64,000 nt of DNA from Longimicrobiales bacterium (GTDB lineage Bacteria; Gemmatimonadota; Gemmatimonadetes; Longimicrobiales; Gaopeijiaceae): positions 352,001 to 416,000 of the forward strand of contig CAXXKM010000002.1 of the NCBI GenBank assembly GCA_963664435.2, read 5' to 3'. Made by a program: the position numbers and the translations under genes. Positions 37,556-47,448 of this stretch are shown piece by piece. The notes under the pieces were generated by a model, which made no database searches, was not told where the DNA came from, and saw only the letters and a list, made by a program, of their open reading frames with translations. Each line of letters opens with the position of its first letter. Position 1 is the first letter of the stretch.

Positions 37556-37992
37556 TTCCCTTCTCCGTTCGTCGGGTTTCGTGTCCGCCGCCGTACGTCG
37601 GTTCCTCGCCGAAGTTTCCGCGCCCTGACCGGGTCAAGATAACGCCTCTCTCCTGCCCGGACACCGACGCATTCATCCACACCGGCGCACCCCGCCATTG
37701 ACTCGCCCGGATTCCGCACTTCGGTACGCGTCGTGGATGAGTGACCCGCGAACAGGCACCGATTCGCGGATGCCGGGCTTTCGGTTCGCTCGCGGAGAGC
37801 ACGCGGAAGAGCCGCGCTGACCGCCACCCCCACGAGCACACCATGTCGATACATCCAGGCCCGAACCCGACGTGATTGCGGCTTCCGGGAGCTCTCGCAG
37901 CGCGATCCAGCCACTTGCGCGAATCGGATGTTCCGCTCACGCGGGCCGACAGACCGGCCCGCACAGTCAAATCCTTGGAAGGAGAGAGAGCC

Positions 37993-38244
37993 ATGATCGG
38001 CACAACCAGACGATTCGTCCGCTTGACCGGAGCCAGCCTCGCCCTGATGGTGGCGCTGGCGTTGGGCGCCGGACCGGGGCTGGCGGCACAGCAGAGAGTA
38101 GGCGGAGGGTGCCTGGGCGCAGCCGTAGTAGACTACGGAGAGTGCCTCGGGAATGCGGGGGGCTTCTGGGACCGTATGAAATGCACGGTTGTACTGATTC
38201 TGGACGCGACGGACTGCGTCACCGAAGTACTGATCGGCTTCTGA
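37993..38244 (+). CDS. Secreted Cys-rich small peptide 1 (83 aa)
   Basis: GGAGAGAG RBS; signal ...LALGAGPGLA; core C-x10-C-x12-C-x10-C. Confidence 0.85.
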   Translation: MIGTTRRFVRLTGASLALMVALALGAGPGLAAQQRVGGGCLGAAVVDYGECLGNAGGFWDRMKCTVVLILDATDCVTEVLIGF

Positions 38245-38355
38245 TCGTCCCAGTCGTGTTTCCGACCAGTGCGGACGACCGTATGGATCCGGCCCGGACA
38301 ACCGCACCGACCTTCTCCACTTGATCATCCACCTCAATCCCACGGGAGATTAGCC

Positions 38356-38649
38356 ATGATGCGCGCAAGAAACCTTCTAATGCGAACCACGGGACTCGGT
38401 CTCGCACTCGTAACGGCTCTGGCTCTTGGAGCTGGACCACTGCTGGCGGAGTGCACAAACCGAGACGGCACTTCCCGCGACTGCACCCCCAGCGAAAAGT
38501 ACTACCGCTGCATGGACGGTGCCGATGACGCCCGCGCACAGTGTAGCGCGGGACAGGGCACCAGGGGTCGCATAGGATGCTGGCTTTTCTGGGGCTTTGA
38601 CGCCGCAGGTTGCAGCGCCACACTTTACACGGCCATTCTCATCAGCTAG
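38356..38649 (+). CDS. Secreted Cys-rich small peptide 2 (97 aa), paralogue of peptide 1
   Basis: GGGAGA RBS; signal ...LALGAGPLLA; extra C-x10-C, then C-x10-C-x11-C-x10-C. Confidence 0.85.
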   Translation: MMRARNLLMRTTGLGLALVTALALGAGPLLAECTNRDGTSRDCTPSEKYYRCMDGADDARAQCSAGQGTRGRIGCWLFWGFDAAGCSATLYTAILIS

Positions 38650-38946
38650 AGCATCGGGTGGCGAGTCAGTATTCCGGCTGGCGGGGTTGCTCCAGGTCCG
38701 GTGGGAGTGCCGGATCTGGAGCACCTTGCGCCCGACCAGGCCCGGATGGCCGCCCCCTGCGATCTCCGACCACCGGTTTCGCGCCAATGGGACCTGGGGT
38801 GTTCTCATCCAGGCATGTTCAACACGCAGCGTCTGGGCGATCATTATAGTGAGCGGCCGCGCTGGGATGCCATGGATCGTGAAGACTGCCGACGCCCTGG
38901 CTTCCGCGACGGAACGCATAACTCTCGCGAATAGGAGTTGATATTC

Positions 38947-40056
38947 ATGAGCGGCACGACAGAACAGGCCGGTGTACGGCCTGCCTCATCGTTGATGTGG
39001 GTTGCGCTTGCGGCCGCCGCGCTGGCTCTGCTGTGGAGCGTTGCAGATGTCTGGCGGGCTCGGACTGCTACTCGTGCGACCGACGATCCCAATGGTAACT
39101 CGATCGCGGTCTTGCAATCGGGACAGCCCCTCGAAGCTCCTCCGGGGACTCCTCTCTTTGAGAATGTGTTGTCGGTGGAGGACGCGGTGTTCCACAACGG
39201 CATCTGGTTCGTGCTGGACATACTCGGAAACCGCGTTCATCGACTCGCTTCCGACGGAACGCTGTTGGGAAGTTTTGGCAGGGAAGGCAGTGGACCCGGG
39301 GAATTCAGAGGACCACCTACTGCCATCGGCCTGCGTGGGGATACGATCGTCGTGACGGAGCACGGTGTGAACTCTTATCACTTGTACTCTCTTGAGGGAG
39401 CTCCCATCGAAGACCGTTTACTTCGCCTGGACGCGTGCCTGGTGCCACAGATCCTTGATGTCGCGTCGGCGTCGATGGGCTTGTTGTTCCTGGTGACGTG
39501 CACGCAAGCGGATATGCGCGTTGAGTCGAGGGTGCTTCTCGAAAGGAACGATGGATTCATCAGGACCGTCGCCACGCGGGTTCCCGCGCGCGAGGGACCC
39601 ATTGTCGTCGACGCCTTCACCCAACCCCTGCTGAGCGCGCACCCGGATGGATTTGTGTTTGGTAATCCGAAAGAGGAATGTCTGAGTGTCTATGACACAG
39701 AAGGCGACGTGCTTGAGTCGGTTTGTCACGACTGGCTGACACCGATTACCGCTCCGCGGGCGCTTGTGAACGAGATGGATGCTGCGCTGGCGAGTCGACT
39801 CGATGTCGATTGGATCCTTCCCGATCGGTTCTTTCCTATCGTAGCGGTCTTCGTAACCATGGATGAACAATGGATTTACCGGGTGCTTGCGTCTGACGAC
39901 CCGGAAAGCTATGAACTGGTCACGGCCGATGCCGGTGAGCGCATCCCGTCCGTCCCGCGCGCGAGATACGTCGTCGCACACGAAGAATCGGTTCTCGCAG
40001 GTTGGGAGGATATCGAAGGCACGCGAATTGCCATCTACCCACTGGAGGATCGTTGA
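38947..40056 (+). CDS. Membrane-anchored 6-bladed beta-propeller (NHL-like) protein
   Basis: N-terminal TM; FVLDILGNRVHRL..DG...SFGREGSGPGEF motif. Confidence 0.85.
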   Translation: MSGTTEQAGVRPASSLMWVALAAAALALLWSVADVWRARTATRATDDPNGNSIAVLQSGQPLEAPPGTPLFENVLSVEDAVFHNGIWFVLDILGNRVHRLASDGTLLGSFGREGSGPGEFRGPPTAIGLRGDTIVVTEHGVNSYHLYSLEGAPIEDRLLRLDACLVPQILDVASASMGLLFLVTCTQADMRVESRVLLERNDGFIRTVATRVPAREGPIVVDAFTQPLLSAHPDGFVFGNPKEECLSVYDTEGDVLESVCHDWLTPITAPRALVNEMDAALASRLDVDWILPDRFFPIVAVFVTMDEQWIYRVLASDDPESYELVTADAGERIPSVPRARYVVAHEESVLAGWEDIEGTRIAIYPLEDR

Positions 40057-40057
40057 G

Positions 40058-40792
40058 ATGGCCAACCTGCCCGCGGACATACTCATCCAGGGCGTCAGCG
40101 TTTCCTACCGGAAGCTGTTTCGCCCGCGTCGAGTGCTATCGGACATCGATCTCATGGCCCAACGCGGTGAAATCACGGCCATCGTTGGCCCCAACGGCGC
40201 AGGGAAAACTACCTTGTTCAGAACTCTCCTGGGATTCCTTGCGCCGGATTCCGGCCGGTGTCTCATCGGTGGCCTTCCGGCCGGCGACTATCGGGAGCAG
40301 TTCGGCATCGCATACCAGCCTGAATCAATTCAGTTTCCGAGCCTGTGGAACGCGCGCGATCTGCTTGGTCGGGGAGTCGATCTCAGCCGCCTTTCTGCGA
40401 GCGAGCGGGACGAGGCATATCGCAGAGCCGTTGCTCGAAGTCGGTTCGATTCCACCACCTTGTCGAGGACTGCTCGACGATACTCCAGAGGGATGAAAAG
40501 GAGATTGTCTTTGGCTTACGCACTTATAGCCGAACCCGCGGTCTTGTTGCTCGATGAACCGTTTTCGGGGCTCGATCCACCGTCTCGTCACGTCCTTCGG
40601 AAGGAGATCATGGACGCCCGGCAACGAGGCGCCACGGTGGTGCTGGCCAGCCACGAACTTGCCGAAGTCGAACGGCTGGCCAACCGGGCGTTCATTCTGG
40701 AGAACGGAACGATCCGTCCGGGCCCGGACCTCACGCCGGCCGACGCACCGATCGTAACCGCATTGGAGTCTGAATTCACCGGAAGTGAATAA
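40058..40792 (+). CDS. ABC transporter ATP-binding protein (exporter type)
   Basis: GPNGAGKTT, YSRGMKRR signature, LLLDEPFSGLDP, ASH. Confidence 0.95.
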   Translation: MANLPADILIQGVSVSYRKLFRPRRVLSDIDLMAQRGEITAIVGPNGAGKTTLFRTLLGFLAPDSGRCLIGGLPAGDYREQFGIAYQPESIQFPSLWNARDLLGRGVDLSRLSASERDEAYRRAVARSRFDSTTLSRTARRYSRGMKRRLSLAYALIAEPAVLLLDEPFSGLDPPSRHVLRKEIMDARQRGATVVLASHELAEVERLANRAFILENGTIRPGPDLTPADAPIVTALESEFTGSE

Positions 40793-41534
40793 TAACATGC
40801 ATACTTCCCTGGCCAGACGAACCGTCCTTTTGATCCAATCTCGTTTCAAGGCCCTTCTCCTGACGGTCCTGGCAATTCAGATTACCGAGTTCCGCCGCCT
40901 GACAGGCGGTGATATCTCGGCCATGCTGGCGAGCGGGATCGACACCTATTCGCTGCTTTGTCTTGCTTTCCCGTTCATCTTCATGGCCGGCGTTGTCTCC
41001 GGAGACTTCAGAACCGGTGTGGCGCGACTATGGTTACAGAAGCCAGTCGATCCGGTGCGTTTCTATCTATGCAGGTTTGCCGAGCGCTTCCTGGTTGCGC
41101 TGGCATGCGCGCTGCTCACCCTTGGTGCGATTCGGCTGGGCACGGTGGCACTCGGCGCACCCGACGAGGTCGGATTGCTACTCGGCCGTCTGCCATATGT
41201 GCTCGTCCTGGCATGCGTCACGTTTGGCTTCTCGTGCTGGATCTCGCGAGGATCGACTCTGGTGGCGATCGGCTTTTTGTCAGCGGGAGCCGTGGCTCAC
41301 CAGGTGGCGTGGCCCGGTCAACTCGGCCGCCCCTGGAATTGGCTGTTCGAGGCAATACTCGTTCCGATTCCCGCCATTGGAGAATTCCGTGACTTCCTGG
41401 TCGGCGTGTCCGATGCCGTCTGGATCCCGCTCGCGCAAATCCTGACCTACAGCGTCGGATGGACGGGTCTTGGAGCGATGGGCGTCTGGTACACGGTCAA
41501 CAAGGGCAGGCTGCCCCATGCGGAGCAGTCCTGA
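40785..41534 (+). CDS. ABC-2 type exporter permease
   Basis: About 6 TMs, VSGDFRTGVARLWLQKPV motif; overlaps the ATPase stop. Confidence 0.85.
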   Translation: MNNNMHTSLARRTVLLIQSRFKALLLTVLAIQITEFRRLTGGDISAMLASGIDTYSLLCLAFPFIFMAGVVSGDFRTGVARLWLQKPVDPVRFYLCRFAERFLVALACALLTLGAIRLGTVALGAPDEVGLLLGRLPYVLVLACVTFGFSCWISRGSTLVAIGFLSAGAVAHQVAWPGQLGRPWNWLFEAILVPIPAIGEFRDFLVGVSDAVWIPLAQILTYSVGWTGLGAMGVWYTVNKGRLPHAEQS

Positions 41535-41585
41535 GCATGCTGGATCCCGCACCGCTTGCCGTCATCCGGGTGGCCGAAGGCCAAC

Positions 41586-42614
41586 TCAACTTGCCGCTGG
41601 CCGCACCACCACCGTGAGTTCCACGTCCGCGAACAGGCCGCCGTCGTCGGCTCGGCCGCGCAGGAGGTATGTGCCGGGCTGGTCGAAGGTCACGTTCACA
41701 GTCCAGCGGCCGTCTGCCGGGGGGTCGGGTGGGAACCACAGGGGGGCCCAGGGGGAGTTGGCGCCGGTGCGCGTGTCCTCCCACACCTTCACCTGGGGTG
41801 GGTCGAAGGAGACGCCGCCCTCGCCACGGTAGAGGAACCACGACATGAACAAGCCGTTGACCTTCTGCACGGTGACGCGGCTGGGGGGCGCGAGCTGTCG
41901 GCGGCTGAAGGTCGGGGGCGCGCTTGCGATCGAGTCGGCGCGCGCGGAGTCCTCCGCGGTCTCGGGGGGCGGGGGTACCCGCCGGCGGCGGGGGCGCAAC
42001 AGGCCGTCATCTTCGACGAGCACGGTAATGCCGACCGGCCGTCCCACCGACGTCTCGCGGACATCAGGGCCTTCCAGCGTGATGGTCGGCGGCTGGTTGG
42101 CTCGCATCTCCGGGCTGCTGGAGCCGGCCCCCAGGGCGCCGGTCTCGGACATGACGACCGTGTTGTCCACGATGTAGTCCGGCCGCAGGGTCGCGTAGGC
42201 GCGCTCGGTCGCTCCGTTACTGGTCAGAGTCCACACGAGTTCACGGTCGCCCCAGTCGGGGGGCACCCGAACCTTGAAGACGAAGCGGTTGCGGCGGGGA
42301 AGGAAGTGGGTCGGCTGGCCGCGGTCGGCCGGGCCGGGCGAGAACGCGTTTTCTCCCCCGATCGGCACATCGACTTCCTCGAGCCAGTTCCGGTTCATGT
42401 AGCCGAACAGGAAGTTGAACGAGCCGTCCTCGTTCCGTTCCCAGCCCTCGAACGCCGGAGCCACGTTCTGCCCGCGCGAATAGGTCTGGGCGGCGGAGCC
42501 GTGGGCCCAGACCCCGGCGACGAGCAATAGCGCCCCGAACGGGCGGATTGTCCTGAGTGCGGCGCGGGGTCCCGTCCCGATGCCGCGGGTCAAACGACCC
42601 CGGCAGGTCCTCAT
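41586..42614 (-). CDS. Secreted hypothetical protein with C-terminal Ig/PKD-like domain (start uncertain)
   Basis: Signal ending SAA/Q; PAFEGWERNEDGSFNFLFGYMNRN; VTFDQPGTYLLRGRADDG. Confidence 0.8.
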   Translation of the reverse strand: MRTCRGRLTRGIGTGPRAALRTIRPFGALLLVAGVWAHGSAAQTYSRGQNVAPAFEGWERNEDGSFNFLFGYMNRNWLEEVDVPIGGENAFSPGPADRGQPTHFLPRRNRFVFKVRVPPDWGDRELVWTLTSNGATERAYATLRPDYIVDNTVVMSETGALGAGSSSPEMRANQPPTITLEGPDVRETSVGRPVGITVLVEDDGLLRPRRRRVPPPPETAEDSARADSIASAPPTFSRRQLAPPSRVTVQKVNGLFMSWFLYRGEGGVSFDPPQVKVWEDTRTGANSPWAPLWFPPDPPADGRWTVNVTFDQPGTYLLRGRADDGGLFADVELTVVVRPAAS

Positions 42615-42630
42615 ACCCACCCTCACGCCG

Positions 42631-44241
42631 TTATCGGTTGCGGGAGCCCGGCGGCGGATTGCCCGTCGATCCGGCTCGTTCGCCACCGGCGGCCGCCGCA
42701 TCCGCATCTGCGTAGTACCGCGGATTGCCGTTTTCCGGAGTGACCATGCACAGCGGGCAGCCGATGACATGGTCGTTGGGACCCAGCCCCAGCCGATCCC
42801 GCCGCCTCGCCATCTCCTCCACGAACTGCTCGTCGGTGAGTTCCACCCGCATCCCGAGATCGATGAACATGTTCGCCACCGAGCGGTTGCCCGAGCCCTG
42901 CCAGTTGCGGGTGTCGGGCACGTTCCGGTTCTCCTCGGAGGTGTCCATGTAGCCGACGATGTGGAGGATCGTCCCCTTGGGCAGCAGTGGCTGGTGATCC
43001 TGGGCGTAGGTGTAGCCGCGCACCCAGTTGTGATCGTAGCCGACGCAGTTGATGGTCTCGACGTTGAAGCCCCAGACCGCCTCGAGGCACATGCGCATCC
43101 CGGGCGCGTGCAGGTGGGGCTCGAAGGTGACGATCTTGGTGTGCTGGTTCAGGACGCGGTACGCGTGCAGCTCCTGTCCCGACTCCCCGGCCCGGATGTC
43201 GATGTCGCTCCCGTTGCCGAGTCCGAAGCTGGCCCGCCCGTACCGGGGCTCGTAGTCCGGGGGATGGAACCGGAAGCCGATCTCCAGGTGGGCGCGGGTA
43301 TCGCGACCGTTGGAATGAAGATGCACCGAGTTGGAGACGACCGCCGACCCGGCGCGAAGGAGGCGGCCCGCGTCCTCGTCGAAAATGTCGGGTTCGCGCC
43401 CAACCTCGTGCACCGGCCAGCCGACGTCGGTGGAAGCCCGCTCGGCGCCGACCCCCGATTCCCTGCCCTCGAGCACGCGCGTGCTCCAGATCATGTGGTG
43501 CACCACGAACCGCCCGCCGACCGTGTGGCGACCCTCGTGTTCGGCACCGGTCCGCGTCGATGGCACGTCGTTGACTTCGCGGATCTCGACGGACTTCACG
43601 TACCGGTCCTCGGTGAGGCCGATCGGGGCGCTCTCGATCTCGCCCCACCAGTCGGGCGCGTCCCCCTCCACCAGCACCTCGGGCAGGCGCACGATGAGGT
43701 CGGGTTCGCCTGCGGTCCACACGATTTCGTCGTCGAACTCGAGGGGCGGCGGCATGTCCGCCGGATCACCCTCCGGGGCTCCCGCCTGATACCAGGCGTC
43801 GATCGTGGCGATCTCGCGGTCGTCGAGCGACATGTCGTCCTTGAAGTGCTGGATGCCGATGTCCTTTTCGACGTACCACGGCGGCATGGCCCCCGCGCGA
43901 TCACGAATCCGGGTCCGTTCGGCGATGCGGCGGGCATAACGGCGCACATCCTGGTAGGTCGCCAGGGACATCGGCGCCACGCCGTTGTCCCGGTGGCAGC
44001 GGATGCAGGCGCGCTGCAGGATGAGCGCGATGTCCCGGCTGAAGGTGACGTCGCCGAGCGCCGGCCCGCCGGCCGGTGGGGGTGCGCCCTGTGCCGCCAG
44101 CCCCGATGCCGCGAGAAGCGCCAGGACGATGCCGGACATCGCGCCGGCCAGCGCCGCACCGATTGTCGCGGCCGCCCGTCCACGCGCCAACTTCATGCCG
44201 GCCTCGCAATCGGGACCCGGGGCCTTCGTTCCAATCGCCAT
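42631..44241 (-). CDS. Secreted cytochrome c fused to a PHM/DBH-like copper monooxygenase domain
   Basis: CIRCH heme motif, MPPW, then HH, VHLH, PHLH and NMF candidate Cu ligands; GGAGGGAG RBS. Confidence 0.75.
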   Translation of the reverse strand: MAIGTKAPGPDCEAGMKLARGRAAATIGAALAGAMSGIVLALLAASGLAAQGAPPPAGGPALGDVTFSRDIALILQRACIRCHRDNGVAPMSLATYQDVRRYARRIAERTRIRDRAGAMPPWYVEKDIGIQHFKDDMSLDDREIATIDAWYQAGAPEGDPADMPPPLEFDDEIVWTAGEPDLIVRLPEVLVEGDAPDWWGEIESAPIGLTEDRYVKSVEIREVNDVPSTRTGAEHEGRHTVGGRFVVHHMIWSTRVLEGRESGVGAERASTDVGWPVHEVGREPDIFDEDAGRLLRAGSAVVSNSVHLHSNGRDTRAHLEIGFRFHPPDYEPRYGRASFGLGNGSDIDIRAGESGQELHAYRVLNQHTKIVTFEPHLHAPGMRMCLEAVWGFNVETINCVGYDHNWVRGYTYAQDHQPLLPKGTILHIVGYMDTSEENRNVPDTRNWQGSGNRSVANMFIDLGMRVELTDEQFVEEMARRRDRLGLGPNDHVIGCPLCMVTPENGNPRYYADADAAAAGGERAGSTGNPPPGSRNR

Positions 44242-44255
44242 GGTCGCTCCCTCCC

Positions 44256-45545
44256 TCACCGTTCGACGGTCGCGCCGACCAGCTGTGCGATCGCCGCGAG
44301 CGTGGTCTGCGCGGCGTTCAGCCCGAGCCGGAAATCATCGTCCGTGTAGGTGGTCCAGACGTCGGTTGGCTGGTGCCAGTTCGGGTTCCAGCCGGCGCCC
44401 ACCTGCGCCCCCCTCTCGTTCTCGCGCAGGCTGATCGCGGGAACGAGGTGCATGAAGGGGGTCGAGTCGGTGTTGGTCATGTGCGGACCGACGGTGGCGG
44501 GATAGTCGGTCGCGTACTGCTCGTTGGCGGCCTTGAAGAAAAACGCCAGCTCCATGGCCTCGGTCGCCCGCTCGGCGTTGGACTGGAACTCGATGTTGAC
44601 ATCGGCCTCCGGACGCTGATCCCGGCTTACCCGTCCGTCGGGGCCCGGCGCTCCGTGGTCCCAGAGCATCATGTCGTGCTGGATCATCCCAAGCCAGCGC
44701 GGCTCGGGATACCTGCCCGACCCGGGCGGATCCTCCAGACCCTGCAGCGCCTCGCGCTGCTCCACATATGCGCGCGCGCCGTTCAGGCCGGTCTCCTCGT
44801 TGTTCCAGAGGACGAAGCGAATCGAGCGTTCCGTCTCGACATCCGGGGAGCTGAACACGCGCGCGAGCTCCATCACCAGCGCGGTCCCGGATCCGTCGTC
44901 GTCCACGGCCTCGTTGACCCCGTGCCCATCCATGTGCGCTCCGATGATGTACATCTCGTCGGGACGGGTCGCACCGACCTTGGTGCAGTAGACCTGCGAC
45001 CGGTCCCCGTCCACCGGCTCCTCGCGGTTCAGCTCGCGGATGCGCTCGTCGGGCTGCGCCATCGGATCGCGGTTCACGCCGGTGCGGGCCCGGTAGCCGA
45101 AGATGACGCTGCCTCCGGGACCGGGGCCGCGTCGGCCGACGTCGCCTCCGGTCGCGGTGGCCGTATTCTCGTTAGGCGGCGGTGGAGGCGGCCGGGGCCC
45201 GGGGGTGGCGAAGGAACGCCGCGGCTGCGCGCCCGCGGGCGGATACTGGTAGTGGACGCGTTCGGTGCTGGTGCAGCCGAAGTCCTGCAGGGTGGCCTCG
45301 ATCCAGTCGACGGCATCGCGGTTGCGCTGCGTGCCCTGCCGGCGGTCGCCGAACCGGGTAAGACCCTTGAGCGTGGCCTTATAGTCTTCCAGGGTGAGGC
45401 GCGAGACCAGTTCGCGAGCGGGATCGTCCGCTTCCTGTCCGTCCGGTTGTTGAGCTTCGCCCGGCGCGACGCCCGCGCTGGCACCGAGAACCGCGGCGAA
45501 CAACCAGAGGACCGGAACGGTGACTGCTGAAACTCCCCTGCGCAT
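44256..45545 (-). CDS. M28 family metallopeptidase, secreted
   Basis: IGAHMD, AVDDDGSGT, NNEETGL, TDSTPF, NPNWH. Confidence 0.9.
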   Translation of the reverse strand: MRRGVSAVTVPVLWLFAAVLGASAGVAPGEAQQPDGQEADDPARELVSRLTLEDYKATLKGLTRFGDRRQGTQRNRDAVDWIEATLQDFGCTSTERVHYQYPPAGAQPRRSFATPGPRPPPPPPNENTATATGGDVGRRGPGPGGSVIFGYRARTGVNRDPMAQPDERIRELNREEPVDGDRSQVYCTKVGATRPDEMYIIGAHMDGHGVNEAVDDDGSGTALVMELARVFSSPDVETERSIRFVLWNNEETGLNGARAYVEQREALQGLEDPPGSGRYPEPRWLGMIQHDMMLWDHGAPGPDGRVSRDQRPEADVNIEFQSNAERATEAMELAFFFKAANEQYATDYPATVGPHMTNTDSTPFMHLVPAISLRENERGAQVGAGWNPNWHQPTDVWTTYTDDDFRLGLNAAQTTLAAIAQLVGATVER

Positions 45546-45765
45546 CGAGACCTCCGCGGGTATGATCGGACGGCTCTACGGCCACCGTCGCTGAACTGGC
45601 AGAATCGGCAGTGGATACGGTAGATCCGCGCTGTGGCCAGTGCAACACCCCGGCAACGCGACCCGCCGGCAGGAACACGCCCCATTCCCGGCTGGCGCGA
45701 AACTCACGCCGGCAGGCGGCGATGGCAATCGTATGCGAGGGCAGCCCCAGGGCAGGATGGCCGGG

Positions 45766-46581
45766 CTATGACCTGGTGTCGCCGGCAGGCGCGCGCCCGG
45801 GCTGCGACCGGATGACCTCCTCGACACCGCTCGCGGAAATCCGCTTCCGGGGGTTGCAGATGGCGGCCGCCTCGAGGACGTGCGCCAACTCGCGGACGTT
45901 GCCGGGCCAGGTCTGCCGCATCAGGAGCTCCACGACGCGGATCGGCAGCGTCGTCGTGCGAACCCCGTACCTGGTGACGAGTCTCTCGAGGAGCGCGTGC
46001 GCCAGAACGGGGATATCCTCCGCCCGCTCCCGCAACGGCGGCAGAGCGATGCACAGCACGGCGATCCTGTGGAACAGGTCGGCCCGGAAGCGACCCGCGG
46101 GCACCGCCCTCGACAGGTCGCGCGAGGTCGCGGAAAGCACCCGCACATCCAGCGAGCGGAGCTGCTCGTCCCCCACTCGACGCACTTCGCGGTCCTCCAG
46201 CACGGTCAGCAGCTTCGCCTGCTGCCGCTCCGGGAGCTCCGCGACCTCGTCGAGAAACAGGGTGCCGCCATCCGCAGCCTCGAAGAGCCCGCGCCGGCTC
46301 TCGACCGCACCCGTGAACGCGCCCCGCCGATGACCGAAGAACTCCGTCTCGAACAGGCCCTCGGGGATTCCCGAGCAATTGACGGGCACCAGGGGAGCAC
46401 CGCGCCGTGTGCCGTGCGCGTGGATGAGGCGCGCGGCCAGGCTCTTTCCGGTGCCGGTCTCTCCCGTGATCAGCACCGGGGCGTCCACTCCCGCCGCGCG
46501 GACGATCAGGCGACGCGCATGCTCCATCTGCGGGCTCTCACCCAGCAGCTCCCGCCTGATGCCTTGCGCGGTACTGAGCAT
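45766..46581 (-). CDS. Sigma-54 interaction (bEBP AAA+) domain-only protein
   Basis: [37 protein letters not shown]; no receiver domain and no C-terminal HTH. Confidence 0.9.
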   Translation of the reverse strand: MLSTAQGIRRELLGESPQMEHARRLIVRAAGVDAPVLITGETGTGKSLAARLIHAHGTRRGAPLVPVNCSGIPEGLFETEFFGHRRGAFTGAVESRRGLFEAADGGTLFLDEVAELPERQQAKLLTVLEDREVRRVGDEQLRSLDVRVLSATSRDLSRAVPAGRFRADLFHRIAVLCIALPPLRERAEDIPVLAHALLERLVTRYGVRTTTLPIRVVELLMRQTWPGNVRELAHVLEAAAICNPRKRISASGVEEVIRSQPGRAPAGDTRS

Positions 46582-46868
46582 CGTCCTCCCCGGGCGCCAC
46601 ACGCGTTGCACGTCGCCATCTTCCCCCACAAAGCTCGCTCATCCGGACGGGCGCGGGGATGGCAGTCGGGGATGACCGGACGCGACGCCGGGATACCGGC
46701 GAAGCGGCGCGGCGACTCGTACCGGCTCGGGAACGCGGGGCGACTCAGCGGCCCGCAACGGTCTGGGCGAAATAGAGCGCGGCGGGGCGGGGACATCGCG
46801 ACCGGAGAGACTCCGGAGGCGACGACAGGTACGAGGAGGCGCGGTGGCCACTCGTACCGGGTCAGGAA

Positions 46869-47084
46869 CTACTTGTACCTGTAGGTGATGCGTCCCTTCG
46901 ACAGGTCGTAGGGAGACATCTCGCACTTGACCCGGTCGCCTTCCAGCACGCGGATGTAGTGCTGGCGCATCTTGCCGGAGAGATATGCGTGGATCTCGTG
47001 TCCGTTTTCGAGACGGACACGGAAGGTCGCATTGGGCAGAACTTCGATTACGGTTCCTTCGATTTCGATTGCATTTTTTGCCAA
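46869..47084 (-). CDS. infA: Translation initiation factor IF-1
   Basis: TTG start with [42 protein letters not shown]. Confidence 0.97.
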   Translation of the reverse strand: MAKNAIEIEGTVIEVLPNATFRVRLENGHEIHAYLSGKMRQHYIRVLEGDRVKCEMSPYDLSKGRITYRYK

Positions 47085-47171
47085 AAGCGGGCCTCTTATC
47101 GTGGCATGGGGGACGGCACTACAGCCAAACCCCGTAACGCGATGCCTGCCGCGCAAGGGGGCCGGGCGGCC

Positions 47172-47366
47172 ATGAGTTTCACACCTGGGGAAGAGCGCCT
47201 CCTCAAGGGGCGCCTGGACGGCGGTGAGGCGCCTCTGTGCCCCCGGTGCCGATCAGCAATGGTTCGGCGCGATGTTCCTCCGCGCTCCGACGTGTCGTAC
47301 GTGCGCGATCGCGTCTGGTTGATGTGCGAGCGTTGCCGGCGCACGGCCGTGCTGGAACGAAGATAA
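47172..47366 (+). CDS. Small zinc-ribbon protein (64 aa)
   Basis: CPRC...CERC; divergent from infA. Confidence 0.7.
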   Translation: MSFTPGEERLLKGRLDGGEAPLCPRCRSAMVRRDVPPRSDVSYVRDRVWLMCERCRRTAVLERR

Positions 47367-47448
47367 CGGCTCGCGCTCCGCGCTTCGCCTGCGGTACCGA
47401 ACCCGATGGCGTTCCAACTCCAGTCCCGTGCGGGCAACAGCGACAAGG

